Shown here: piece after piece, positions 9,562 through 21,771 of the stretch
How positions within the stretch are numbered: position 1 is the stretch's first letter
Layout: each line of letters begins with the position of its first letter
Source: a virus
Direction: 5' to 3' (one strand)
DNA: 64,000 bases
IMG/VR virus record: IMGVR_UViG_3300045988_141926
Coordinates: 64,380-128,379 of that record
Program-made: the position numbers and the translations under genes
Notes under the pieces: model-generated
Seen by the model: the letters and a program-made list of their open reading frames with translations, nothing else
The model's database searches: none
Told to the model about the DNA's origin: nothing

Positions 9562-10374
9562 ATGAGATATTGTTTGAAATATATAAAAAATAAATATATC
9601 CAAGAGGCTGATGAAATTTTATTTGGAGATAATCACGGCGATTCGATGATTGACGCAATAGAACTATATCCTAACGCGGATTTTATTTATGAAGTCGTTG
9701 ATGAGCCTGATTGGGATTATTTAAAAATGATTAATAGCAGACTAAATAAAACTAATCGGCGTTTAATCATTTCTACTATGTATACTACAATCGCCCAAAG
9801 CGCAAAGGAAAATGGATTGGCATTTTATTTTTCCTTCGCAATTAATAATTTCGCAGACTTACAAACAGTAAACGAACTGGGTGCTTGCTATGCGCTAATT
9901 ACTGCGCCAATTTTTTTCGAGCAAGACAAATTGGAAAAATTTTCCATTCCGATTCGTTATCGTGCTAATGTAGCATATAGTGGATATTTAACTACCAAGC
10001 GCGTGAATGCGAATGCCGCGTTCATTCGACCTGATGATGTAGAGTTTTATGACAACGATACAACAACTATTGAGTTTGGTGCGTCCAGTAGTGAACAAGA
10101 AGAAGTTTTATATCGTTTATATAAATATGATAAAACTTGGCCGGGCGATTTGAATATGGTAATTACAACTCTTAATGTCGAGCCCGCGCCGATGAATCGA
10201 ATGATTGGGCCAGACTTCGCCAAACATAGATTGAATTGCGGTCAACGATGCGTAGAAGGCGATACACTTCAATGCCATTTGTGCCATAACCAAATGTCAT
10301 TAGCAGTTCCATCTAAAATCAAGAATTATATAGACAATGTAATCTTGCCTGTTAGAACAAATGACCAAAATTGA
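9562..10374 (+). CDS. hypothetical protein
   Basis: 270-aa ORF, lower GC, promoter TTGACA-16-TATAAT at 9510..9537. Confidence 0.5.
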   Translation: MRYCLKYIKNKYIQEADEILFGDNHGDSMIDAIELYPNADFIYEVVDEPDWDYLKMINSRLNKTNRRLIISTMYTTIAQSAKENGLAFYFSFAINNFADLQTVNELGACYALITAPIFFEQDKLEKFSIPIRYRANVAYSGYLTTKRVNANAAFIRPDDVEFYDNDTTTIEFGASSSEQEEVLYRLYKYDKTWPGDLNMVITTLNVEPAPMNRMIGPDFAKHRLNCGQRCVEGDTLQCHLCHNQMSLAVPSKIKNYIDNVILPVRTNDQN

Positions 10375-10431
10375 CAATTTTATTTAAATATTATATAATA
10401 TTTATATAAAATAAGAAAGGAAGATTGATAG

Positions 10432-11472
10432 ATGCGAGTGATGAAAGACTCTGAGTATCTGGCATTCAAGCAGTTAGCCAAGCTCACCCAAGAGCAGATG
10501 ATTAAGGCTATGCGCGCCGTGTTAGAATCTCGTTATACAGATATTATCGCAACAAAGGAATATATTGTAGCCAAGGGAGATATTCCTATCGGATTAGTCG
10601 CCCATATGGATACAGTATTTCCGCTTCCTCCTACTGAAATTTATTATGATACTACACAGAATGTTGTGTGGAGTCCGCAGGGTCTTGGAGCTGATGACCG
10701 CGCTGGTATATTCGCGATTCTTCAAATTTTGAAGACCACAAAACTGCGTCCGCACATTATTTTAACTACCGATGAAGAGAAGGGCGGATGGGGCGCATAT
10801 GCGCTTGTTGAACAGCATCCAGAGTTTCCATTTGGTGATTTGAAATATCTGATTCAGCTGGATCGCCAGGGCGCGAATGATTGTGTGTTTTATGATGGTA
10901 TCAATGAAGATTTTATTCGTTATGTGTCTTCTTTTGGTTTCGTAGAGCATATTGGTTCATTTAGCGACATTAGTATTCTGTGTCCATTCTGGGATGTGTG
11001 CGGTGTCAATCTTTCTGTCGGTTATAAAAATGAGCATAGTCTCATTGAAACATTAAATATTAGCCATTTATTCGATACCATCCAAAAGGTGAAGAGAATG
11101 TTAATGGTGAAGACTATCCCTGACTTTGAGTGGAAGGAAAAATACTATCCTTATTTTACCAATGGGTATCCTCTGGATGATGATATCGACGAATATAGCG
11201 CGGCTTATGGTTATAATTGGGTAAATGATAGGCGTTCTGTCGATGCTTATACTGTAATTTGCCATAATTGTAAGAAGCCATTTTATAATTATGAAACGTT
11301 CCCCACTAAGAAAATTGATGGCGGAACTATGTTCTTGTGCCCCGATTGTGTGGGCGACCACGCTAATTGGTGTGATTGTTGCGGTGAAGCATTCGAGCGT
11401 ACGCCGGAAAATGCCGGGGCCACTATTTGCCCTGACTGTGCGAAAATTGAGAAGATTAAGGTTAAAGGTTAA
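10432..11472 (+). CDS. M28/M20-like zinc metallopeptidase domain protein with C-terminal zinc ribbons
   Basis: HMDTV, GADDRAGI and TTDEEKGGWG motifs resemble the metal-binding motifs of M28/M20 peptidases; four CxxC pairs at C-terminus. Confidence 0.45.
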   Translation: MRVMKDSEYLAFKQLAKLTQEQMIKAMRAVLESRYTDIIATKEYIVAKGDIPIGLVAHMDTVFPLPPTEIYYDTTQNVVWSPQGLGADDRAGIFAILQILKTTKLRPHIILTTDEEKGGWGAYALVEQHPEFPFGDLKYLIQLDRQGANDCVFYDGINEDFIRYVSSFGFVEHIGSFSDISILCPFWDVCGVNLSVGYKNEHSLIETLNISHLFDTIQKVKRMLMVKTIPDFEWKEKYYPYFTNGYPLDDDIDEYSAAYGYNWVNDRRSVDAYTVICHNCKKPFYNYETFPTKKIDGGTMFLCPDCVGDHANWCDCCGEAFERTPENAGATICPDCAKIEKIKVKG

Positions 11473-12935
11473 TGAAGAGTTATAATTTAGATGAACTAAA
11501 ACAGCAAGTTAAACACGTATTAGAGTATAGTCAGGATATCCAGGATGTGAGCGAGGACGCTCTTGATAATATGATGAATGAATGGGAGCGCAATAAAGCC
11601 CGATTCATTAATGATTATATGGGCGGTAAACTCATTATGGAGCTGCCAGGTAAGCGTTCCTTCCATTTGGGAGAAAAGGCAAAAATTAAGAAATACAATG
11701 ATTTCTTGGATTATGTCGCCCTGCGAATGAATAATTATGAACTGTGTCGATTTATTGAGACACAGGGTGAAGAAGCATTCTATGAAAATACGGTGAAAAC
11801 TGGTTGGGATCATACTAAGAGTGATACATTTATTTCACCGGGGTCTAAACTAATACGAGCATTTAAATATTTCATTGAAGATAAGGATTTGCTGGAAACT
11901 GTCCAGAATGAGGCCAGTCGCATTATTCAGGGAGACTGTATCGAGGGCATCCTCTGTATATCAGTACATCCTCTTGATTATCTTAGTCTGAGCGAAACCA
12001 CATATAATTGGCGTTCTTGCCACGCTCTCGATGGTGAATATCGTGCTGGTGATTTAAGTTATCTAATGGATGGCAGCACATTTATCTGCTATTTGAGAGG
12101 CGATGACAAACAAAAACTCCCTTCATTCCCCGATGATTTGCTCTGGAATAGTAAGAAGTGGCGTTGTTTGGGCTTCTTGGCTGATGATAAAAATGGTATT
12201 ATTATGGGGCGCCCATATCCCTATGAAGCCACAGATATTATTGATGAACTTCGTTGGGAAGTGTTTAATAGAAACTGGGATTTGGGCCTTGGGAGTTGGC
12301 GCGCAGACGCCATTCGTTCGGTTCAAGACCGCTTAACTAACTGGGATGAAGATTTGAGCCGTACTTATATCCCTTGGAATGGCCGTCTTGTAGAACTTGA
12401 TAAAACTGTTCATGATTGTCCAAGTCCTACTCATTATAATGATATTCTTTTATCCAGTTGTTATTTGCCTATTTATGCTCGTAGTAAAGGATATTTTGGT
12501 AAGAATGACTGGAAGAAGGTTCAGTATCATATTGGACACTCAGTAATGTGTATCCATTGTAATTCTGAGTATGTATCTCCTGGTGATGGCACAATGATGT
12601 GTCGTTCTTGTGAGATTAGATATGGCAATTCTGACAGTGATGATATTGTTTATTGTGAGAATTGCGGTTGTCGTTTATGGTATGAAGATGCTGTTATCGT
12701 TGGGGATAATGGAAATTATCTTTGTGATGAATGCGCTAGTAGAATCACTAAAACTTGTAGAGATTGCGGTAATCCATATTACATTGATGATTTAACATAT
12801 CATAAAGACGATGAAGATGAAAATGGCGGATATTATCTGTGCGGATGGTGCGAGCAAGATAGACAGGACACGGGAGAAATCGCAGAAAATGAATCTTCTA
12901 CTACTACCATAAGTTTTGATGAGTTTGATTTGTAG
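11472..12935 (+). CDS. hypothetical protein, family A paralog (WNSKKWRCL / IPWNG motifs, Cys-rich C-terminus)
   Basis: 487-aa ORF sharing motifs with 7109..8851. Confidence 0.6.
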   Translation: MKSYNLDELKQQVKHVLEYSQDIQDVSEDALDNMMNEWERNKARFINDYMGGKLIMELPGKRSFHLGEKAKIKKYNDFLDYVALRMNNYELCRFIETQGEEAFYENTVKTGWDHTKSDTFISPGSKLIRAFKYFIEDKDLLETVQNEASRIIQGDCIEGILCISVHPLDYLSLSETTYNWRSCHALDGEYRAGDLSYLMDGSTFICYLRGDDKQKLPSFPDDLLWNSKKWRCLGFLADDKNGIIMGRPYPYEATDIIDELRWEVFNRNWDLGLGSWRADAIRSVQDRLTNWDEDLSRTYIPWNGRLVELDKTVHDCPSPTHYNDILLSSCYLPIYARSKGYFGKNDWKKVQYHIGHSVMCIHCNSEYVSPGDGTMMCRSCEIRYGNSDSDDIVYCENCGCRLWYEDAVIVGDNGNYLCDECASRITKTCRDCGNPYYIDDLTYHKDDEDENGGYYLCGWCEQDRQDTGEIAENESSTTTISFDEFDL

Positions 12936-13053
12936 TCATTAAATACAAGACCTATATATTATATACACGATGAAAATGGCGAATGGATACCTATTACGCG
13001 AGTGCGTCAAATACCTCCGCCAGAACGTGAATAATTATTTAAATATTTAAGGA

Positions 13054-13353
13054 GTGATTGTTATAGCACGCGGAAGTATTGCGAAGGAAAATGTCGCCAA
13101 GGTGCTTGCCGAATCATTCGGTAAGGATTGGATTGGCGAGTCTGATAAGAAGTATTATGTTTGGGCTAATGATGGTGGTGAGCGCGTTCAAATCGCTATT
13201 AGTCTAACCTGTCCAAAGAATCCAGTAGGAGCAGCAGTATCTCCTACCAGTAATGAAATCAATTTTGAGGCCGAGCCTGAAAGACCTGTAATGGAGATTA
13301 CTCCTGATGAACAGGAAATGATTGACAGACTTAAGGCTGAATTGAATCTTTAA
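13054..13353 (+). CDS. hypothetical protein
   Basis: 99-aa ORF. Confidence 0.4.
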   Translation: MIVIARGSIAKENVAKVLAESFGKDWIGESDKKYYVWANDGGERVQIAISLTCPKNPVGAAVSPTSNEINFEAEPERPVMEITPDEQEMIDRLKAELNL

Positions 13354-13432
13354 TATAATGAGATAAGTCATTTGACTTATCTCTTTTTTTTTGTTATAAT
13401 TTAAATAGAATTAGATTATAAGGAGATTTAAA

Positions 13433-14134
13433 ATGTATAATCAAATTATTGAAGAATTAGAAGCTCTTAAATAGCATTTTGATGATGAAGATATTGTATC
13501 ATATCAATTACTCTTAATTAAAATTAAGAAAATTATTGATTTAATTAATGATAAACAACTTGAGGAAGCAGATAAAGGCAAATTATCTAATTATATTCGA
13601 GATTATTTAGCAAGTTTGCATTTAAATAGAATTTTTACAATTTCTGATTTAAATGAATTATTTATTCCAGAAGTGAAAGATTTAGATATTGGTAATAAAA
13701 ATATTTATATTACAATTTTTAATTTATTCGTGGAAGAATTATCTGATGTAGATAATATTTTTTCTCAAAAACTTAAATATTGTATTACAAATATGATTTC
13801 TAGAATTGCTACTTCTGTGGATGAAGCAATGATCGCAGAAGATAAAACTCAAGAAACTGTAGTTAGTGAACCTGTTCAAATTATTCCAACTATAAATACA
13901 GTAAATACTAATTCATTCGATTTGGATATTGATATTACTAATAAAAATTATTTGAAAGAATATATTATGCGTAAAAATTTAAAACCTTATAGATGTGATA
14001 TTTGTGGATTAAGTTCTTGGCAAAACAATCCTCTTATGCTATATTTATATAGTAAAAATCATATTTATTCAAATAAAAATTTAGAAAATCTGATGTTTTT
14101 ATGCCCTAATTGCTATTCTCAGATTGGAGAGTAA
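13433..14134 (+). CDS. HNH endonuclease (TAG read as sense; 1 in-frame TAG)
   Basis: C-terminal CDICG..WQ..NHIYSNKNLENLMFLCPNCYSQ HNH motif; frame continuous with ORF 13616..14134 through TAG at 13472. Confidence 0.55.
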
Positions 14135-14137
14135 TTT

Positions 14138-15325
14138 ATGTATTATAATTCTTATAATTAGAATTATTTTAATGGATTAAATAAAATATTCAATAAATTT
14201 GATACTAATAATATTAATGATTATTATAATTTATTAAAATTAATATATGATATATATTTTAATGAAAATGTATTTATAATTGTTAATGATGATATAAAAT
14301 ATCAATTAGAATCAAATTTAAAATTACTTATTAAAAAAAATAATTGGTTTATAGATTTTGAACAAACTGAAAAAAATATATTAATTTCATTATTTATTAT
14401 AATTACTTAGAAAATTAATTTTGGAAATTATTATCAAATTAATAATACATTAAAACAATAGATTGAATCATTATTATTAGATAAAAATTTAATTAATGAA
14501 AAAATGATTCATGATAGTAAAAATGTTTTTCATTTAGTTGATAGTTTTCCTGAAAATGAAAGTATGATTAAATTTTTTAAGCAATATAATATTGATATTA
14601 TGAATTAGGAATTTTTAACTATTGGTGATACAAAAATTCCTAATTTTTATTTAAAACAAAAAAATAAAATGATAGATCATTATTATGAATTTTGTCATTT
14701 ATTATTTAAAATTTATAGTCCAATTTTATATTATGGTGTTTCATTTGAAGAAGGATATGAATATAAAATAACTGATAAAGATATTGTATTCGATTGTGGC
14801 GGAAATATGGGACTATTTGCGCTATACTGTGCTTCAAAAGGCGCACGAGTATATTGTTTTGAGCCTATGTCTTATATTAGAGATTTTTTATATGAGAGTC
14901 AAAAATTATATCCTGATTTAATCCATATTATTCCTTGTGGAGTGTCTAATAGAAATTAGGAACAATATTTTTCTCAAACCTATAATCCAGGAGCTGGATC
15001 GAATTCAATATTTCATGAATTAGAATATACATCTGATAGATTATATAAAGAAAAATGTAAGTTAATTACATTAGATTCATTTAGTTAGAATAATCATATT
15101 GTTCCTACATTTATTAAAGCAGATATTGAAGGGTCTGAAGCACAAATGCTTGAAGGCGCTTCACAAATTTTACAAACATATAAACCAACTATGAATATTT
15201 GTTTAAATCATCGGATGGAAGACCAATATAATATTCCTACCCTTATTTATAATACCAATTCTAATTATTCATTTTATTATTTTATTGAAGGAGAAATACA
15301 TTCTAAATTTGTATTGTGTAAATAA
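14138..15325 (+). CDS. FkbM-family methyltransferase (several in-frame TAG)
   Basis: VFDCGGNMGLFALYCASKGARVYCFEP and KADIEGSE motifs typical of FkbM MTases; same frame as ORF 14669..14959. Confidence 0.5.
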
Positions 15326-15327
15326 AT

Positions 15328-16281
15328 ATGCCAAATATTATTTTAACAGAATATTGTAATCTTCAATGTCCTTATTGTTTTGCTAGTAAAATGATTGAAG
15401 AAAAAACAGATAATACAAAAAATATTTCTATTGAATAGTTAGATAAAATTTTAAAATGGTTATTACCTTCAGCAACGAATTTAGATCGGATTGGATTAAT
15501 TGGAGGAGAACCCACTTTACATCCTTAGTTTAGAGAGATATTAGGTAGAATAAATTCATTTAATGAATTTACAAATACTTCTTCAATAGTATTTACAAAT
15601 GGAATTAATTTAAGTGAATTTTTATCTACTATTGGACCAAATATGTCAATTTTAATTAATGTAAATAAATTGACTGGTAAATCATTAAATAAACTTAATA
15701 GTGTATTAGATGAAATTAATTATTTAAGTTGGTTTAAAATTGATAAAGTTATTTTAGGATGTAATTTATACCAAAATGAAAATAATTATTCTTATTTTTG
15801 GGATGTAGTTGATAAATATCCAGATATTTCAAGAATAAGAATGTCTATTACTGCACCCAATAGCAAAGAATTAAAAGCAAATAAAGAATTGTATTATACT
15901 ATTATGAAACCTATATTATTACAATTTTTAGAAGAAACTAAAAAACGTGATATAAAAATTTCATATGATTGTAATTAGATTCCGTTATGTTTATTAAACA
16001 ATGAAGAATAGGATTTAGTAAATCAATTAGGGGAATTAAATAGTTTTTGTGAACCCGTTATAGATATTACTCCAGATTTTAAAGCTACTTGCTGTTTTGG
16101 TGTTTATGATAATCCTATTCAATGTAATGATTTTAATAATATCGAAGAATTAACTAGATATTTTAAAAATCAAATAGTAATAAAAACTATAAATAATAAC
16201 ACTTCCATGTGCAAAGATTGTAAAAAATTACAACTTGCTCAATGTCAAGGAGGATGTTTATCATTTTCTAATGTTGGGTAA
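15328..16281 (+). CDS. radical SAM protein (CNLQCPYC CxxxCxxC; 4 in-frame TAG)
   Basis: N-terminal MPNIILTEYCNLQCPYCFA; GGEPTLHP; C-terminal Cys cluster (CKDCKK..CQGGC) suggests an auxiliary-cluster domain. Confidence 0.6.
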
Positions 16282-16339
16282 GTATAAGTAATAAAGTTTT
16301 ATAATTTTTTAATTCTAAAAAAGAAGGAGGAATTTTTTT

Positions 16340-16777
16340 ATGGCAAATATTACTTATGAATTAATTTTTAAATTTACTTCTGGTAAAGAGGTAAATTTTA
16401 TTGATGAAGAACATACATTTTCTATTGTAGAAGATTATCGTTCTCCAGTTCTTTTAACCCCTCAAATGTTTGGTATTGATGATTTACGTGAGTATTATGC
16501 ATTATTATTAATTGATGGCAAACCTATGGAAGATTATGCATCAAATTATTGTAATTTTAAAAATTTTGGTAATTCTATTGTTGATTTGCTTAATAATGAA
16601 GATACTATTTCAGAAATTATTTTAAGAGATACTAATACTAAAGGAGAATATTTCCATATAAACTCTGATCAATTAGTAGGCATTGAAGCCGGCGGAGGAA
16701 CTGATAGAGGTTTTGATAATATAATGGTATATCGTATACAAATTTATTATAAAAAAGTTGGAAAAATAGGTGAGTAA
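16340..16777 (+). CDS. hypothetical protein
   Basis: 145-aa ORF without TAG. Confidence 0.45.
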   Translation: MANITYELIFKFTSGKEVNFIDEEHTFSIVEDYRSPVLLTPQMFGIDDLREYYALLLIDGKPMEDYASNYCNFKNFGNSIVDLLNNEDTISEIILRDTNTKGEYFHINSDQLVGIEAGGGTDRGFDNIMVYRIQIYYKKVGKIGE

Positions 16778-16779
16778 TA

Positions 16780-17400
16780 ATGGGAGCTAATGCTACATCT
16801 GTAGGTACTTTAGTTAAATTATCTGATTTAGATGCATTATATTTACGTTTATATAATTTAAAAGTAGCTCATATTAATGATGCAGATTAGATTAATAAAT
16901 CTGCTCTAACGGTTCCAGCTCAAAGCAGTGGATTAACACGAGGTAGTAAAGTAGAAGTTTCAACTGCTAAAATTGCAACATTAAAATCTGAATTGGCAAA
17001 TTTAGCTCAATCAAAATGGTATCAATCTGACACAGCAAATACTGTAGTAACAATGACAGATTTTAGTACAAATATTAAAGTACCTAATGTAGGAGATTTA
17101 TTAAAAAGCGTAGATTTTAATCTAATTGAAACTGCAATCACTTCTGCAGAATAGATTATTCCTACTTATTCAAATAAATATAATGCTCGTTATAGTTTTT
17201 GTTATAGTGGTCATTATACCTCTGATTATGGTACTTGTTATGATGCTCGATATGGTACTTGTTATAGCAATTGTTATAGTAATCGTTATAGTACTCGATA
17301 TGGTACTTGTTATAGTTGTTATGGTTGTTATGGTTGTTATCGCAGATATAGCTCAAGGTATGGTAGATATGCTGCAAAAAATGTTCAAATTAGATGTTAA
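16780..17400 (+). CDS. precursor-like protein with Cys/Tyr-rich repetitive C-terminus (YGTCY, CYGCYGCY repeats; 2 in-frame TAG)
   Basis: frame from ATG 16780 read through TAG gives ...YSFCYSGHYTSDYGTCYDARYGTCYSNCYSNRYSTRYGTCYSCYGCYGCYRRY...; flanked by radical SAM genes. Confidence 0.45.
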
Positions 17401-17411
17401 AGGTGAATTAA

Positions 17412-18848
17412 ATGTTAATAAATAAATTAGATTTAATGGGATCCAGCAGCTGTGATTTAAAATGTTCTTATTGTTATATTACAAAAAATTGTTCATTTTA
17501 TAATTATGATTCCGCCGTTCAAGAAGCTTGGGAAACTGGATCTTATTTAACTACTATTAAACAAGTTTTTTCGAAATTGGATGCAGACCCTACTCAAATA
17601 AAAGATTTAGAATTTTGGGGAGGAGAACCTACATTACATATTAAAGAAATGGCTTCTCAAGGAAAAGCATTAGGATAGTTATTTCCAGAAGTTGATTTTG
17701 TATTAATCCCAACTAATTGGTATTAGATTAATATGCAAGCCTTAGTAGATTTTATTTACAATTTTAATGATGGTATCTCTCCTCGTGGAAGTAAATCAAA
17801 AAATGTTAATTTTCATTTACAACTATCCATTGATGGGCCTCCTGGAGATTTTAATACTTATGGTCATAAAGTACCTTGGGATATCTATAAAAAACAATTT
17901 GATGATTTTTGTTTTTATTTAAAAGAAAAAGAAAATTCTGGAAGAGAATTAAAAAATATTAATATTATTTTCGCTATTAGTGGAACCTCTTAGCAAAAAT
18001 ATATTTTAAAAAATTTAAATACTTTAGATAAAATAAAAGAATTTCAAGAATATATTAAAAAAGTTTGTAAATATGTAAATGATGAACTAAAACAATTTAA
18101 AACTATAGATATATTTTTAGGAACTCCAATTTGGACTCCTACGGTAGCTATTCCAGATTCGACAACCACTGAAGAAGCATTAGAATTAAATAAAATTGCA
18201 CTAATGTTAGAATATAGTGATTATGTTAATGGAATAAAACCTTATAGTATTGATGCTAATGAAATTCAAGGTTTTCATGCAACTTATGGAGAATTAAATG
18301 TATTGGACAGAAATCACGAATGTCCAGAATCTAATGAACATGCAATTACATTAATGCCTGATGGAACTATAGCTGAATGCCCTTGTACTTTTTTATAGAA
18401 TTTGGATTCTTATAAACAAGAATTATTAAATAATAAATAGTATTGGGAATATAAATCTTGCTTAATTAGAGACGGTAGTTTTTATAATCCATTATTAGGT
18501 GATGAAAAACTTGATAATTACCATAGTTGGTATGTTTATGGTGGTGGATTTATTGGGACTAATTCTACTTATGCTAATTTAAATTTAAATATGGCTTATG
18601 AAATGGCTTTATCAAGATAGATTGATTATAACTATGCATTAAATCCAGAGTTATTAATGAGACATTATATGGCTATTTTTACAACTGCTGAATGCTATCG
18701 TGAAAATGTTAATGTGACTCATAATCATTTTTTAACAGACCATAACATGTTTAGGCGTTGGTATAATGGTTATGCTGAATTAGGATATAAAGATCATCGA
18801 GAGAAGATTAAAAAAATTATGGAAAATGTATTAAAAGGAGAAAATTAA
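17412..18848 (+). CDS. radical SAM protein (CDLKCSYC; ~7 in-frame TAG)
   Basis: ORFs 17412/17733/18204/18657 all in frame 0 separated only by TAG; GGEPTLH motif. Confidence 0.55.
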
Positions 18849-20032
18849 TGTTAGTACAAGAACAAGATAATCTCTTACTGCGAGATATAATAGAACGTAA
18901 TTATTATACATTTTTTCGTAAGGATGAGTATGTAAATAAAAATTTAAATATTTCTTTTTTCTATGATAATGATTATACTGATTATAAAATTATTCCTAAT
19001 TATGAGTCATTAGAAGATAAAAATGCTAACTTTGAATAGATTTATAATAATTTTAAATTATTTTTAAATTATTATAAAAGCCAAGGATTTAATGCTAATA
19101 TTAACATTCATGATGATAAATTTTTTGATAATTTTGAATTAAATTTATCACTATTTAATTTAATTTATGAACAAGAAATTAAATTTAAATCATTAAACTT
19201 TTATATTAGTTTATATAAATTTGAAGATTTAAATTCTCTATTTAATAAAATTAATATATTAAACAATAAATTTCATATAAATTTTGTTTTTAGCTTACTA
19301 ATTTCTCAAATTAATTTATTTAAAAATCAAGATATTAATAATTTAAATTATAAACTAAATATTTTAATTCCTCCACAAATGCCTTCAGAAGAATTAATAT
19401 TTAATTAGAAAATAATTGATAGTAATAATTTTAATATTGATTAGTATATTGAAGTTGATTCTGATTTATGGACTATCGAAGCGATAGAGGATTATTTAAA
19501 ATATTTAAATTACTTAATGGATAATTTAAATGATTTAAATGAAATTTTCTTTACAAATTTACCTATTGCTTTACAAGATTAGCATATATTAGATAATACA
19601 AATTGTAAGAAAAATTGTGATTTTCAAAATTCATTAAATGTTTTGATAGCAGATTTAAGCATTAATTTATGCCATAAATTTCAATTTAAAGATTTAATTA
19701 TTGGTAATTATATATATAATGAAGAAAATAATAAATTAGAAATTGTAAGTAAAAATCTTCCAACGATAATATTAGGTGCGCATTTAAAACGTTCTAGCAC
19801 TCCTCATTGTGAAACTTGTTCTTATGTTAATATATGTCAAGGCTTTTGTTTTATGCGTTCTTATTTAAAATGCTATAATCCTATTATACCCATTCAGGAA
19901 AGTTGCTTATTAAAAAAAATAAAATATAATTTTATTTTTAATAAATTAAAAAATCAAAATTTTAATATTGATAATAATTTAATTATTTCAGATTTATATA
20001 AGCAATATTTATATCAAATCTTAAAACATTAG
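18848..20032 (+). CDS. hypothetical protein with C-terminal Cys motif (CETCSYVNICQGFC), possible SPASM-like partner (TAG-containing)
   Basis: ORFs 18848 and 19643 in same frame joined by TAG codons. Confidence 0.4.
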
Positions 20033-20045
20033 GGAGGGGAAAATA

Positions 20046-20315
20046 ATGTATTTACCAATACATAATAATTATTATTATTTATTAATTAATACTCCTCTTA
20101 CTTATCCAATTTGTTTAGATGAAGAAGAAGCTTTAGCTTATTTAAAATATATTAATCGAGATGACTATCAATATAATAATATTGCTAATTATGATGTTCT
20201 TGATTATGAAAAAATAATATATATTGAAGTTTCTTTCCCAAATAATGAAGAGATTCAAAAATTACTTACTAAAATTAAAGATAATATTGCAACTGGTTAT
20301 GCATTAAGAAATTAG
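20046..20315 (+). CDS. hypothetical protein
   Basis: 89-aa ORF, GGGAGGGGAAAATA-ATG. Confidence 0.45.
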   Translation: MYLPIHNNYYYLLINTPLTYPICLDEEEALAYLKYINRDDYQYNNIANYDVLDYEKIIYIEVSFPNNEEIQKLLTKIKDNIATGYALRN

Positions 20316-20364
20316 TATAAAAATCGTCTTTTTGATTTTAGCAATTATAAAGAGGAGCGGCTTT

Positions 20365-21768
20365 ATGAACCTTCAAGCGCCAAATATTGTGGATTGCCAA
20401 GAGATAACTTGTGATATGATAGAAGATTATCTTGCTAAACGATACCAATAGCAAGTATTAAAAACAAAGTTTCCTTTTGATGTAGAAATACAATTAATTT
20501 TAGCTAGAAATTGTAATTTAAACTGTACTAATTGTTAGGCTGGTTGTAATATTAATGATAAAAATGAATTAATGACATTAAATGAGATTAAATATGCTAT
20601 ACCTAAATTAAAAGAATTTTTCCAAGATAAAATTTTGTAGATAGTTTTATTTGGTGGAGAACCATTATTAAATCCAGAATATGAAGAAATTTGCTATTAT
20701 ATACGAAGTGAATTACCAGAAGTCTCAATAGATATTTATACTAATGGCATCCTTAAATAGAATTGGACTGAAGAAGATTATGAATTTGCAGTGAAAAATG
20801 AAGTGCATTTTACCCAAAGCTTATATCCATTAGGAGAATCATATTTTAATAATACTTAGAAACAAGAAGAATTAATGACTAAATTAGGTATTAAACATGA
20901 AATATGTGGAAATCGTCCTTTTTTTATTAAAGGAGGTTATAATAAAACAGGAAGTTCAAATCCAAATCGTTTTTTTCAGTGTTGTCATTCAATGTTTCCC
21001 CCTCATTTTTATTTATTTAAAAAATAGTTATGGCGATGCGCGCCAACATTAAGCTGGGATAAAATTAATATTCCTTGTTTCCCAGAAGATTATTTAAATA
21101 TTGATAATTTGACAGAAGAACGTTTTATTGAATATTGTAGCAAACCATTAAAAATATGTAAATATTGTGGAAACTCAGATGAATTAGGATTTGGAAGTGA
21201 TGAAATAATAACTTGGCATCATTAGAAAGATTTGCCCAGTAATTATGATTAGACTTTATATGATTTATATATAAATAATTATAAATTATATTATAAGTAT
21301 GTCCATGATTGCAAAACTATTCTTCCTTGTTTTGATAATTAGTATTTTATAGATAATATTAAAGCAGAGGATTTGCCTTCTCATCCAAGTATAATGTTTT
21401 TAAAAAAATTTAAAACAGGATTAGGAGATGTATGTATCCCATTTGATAAAGAATCTTGTTAGGATATAAAAAATTTATTAAAATTTAAAAAATTAATTTT
21501 AAATTAGAATAATTATTTAAATATAAATTTTTATTTTATTTCATTAGATGGAAATAAGCCAGCGAAATCTATTATTTATCGAATGTTTCCTCCCGCTTCT
21601 TGTGATTTAGAAGGGAATATTTATTTATTAGAATCAGACAATCCCAATAATTTTTATCAAATATTTTTACAAAATAGTTATTTAAAAAAGAAAATCTGTA
21701 TTTTAAACTATAAAGATTTATTAGATAAGAATTATTTATCAAATAAATTTAATGAAATGGATGGTTAA
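20365..21768 (+). CDS. radical SAM protein (CNLNCTNC; many in-frame TAG)
   Basis: AGAGGAGCGGCTTT-ATG; VLFGGEPLLNP; frame continuous to ORF 21583..21768. Confidence 0.5.
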
Positions 21769-21771
21769 TAA

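Noticed and set aside
17126-17425. Hydrophobic ORF (+) and His/Tyr/Asn-rich ORF 17162..17377 (-) over the Cys/Tyr repeat region
   Set aside because: Both are alternative frames of the tandem TGT/TAT/GGT repeats. Only the frame starting at ATG 16780 connects to an N-terminal domain and an RBS.
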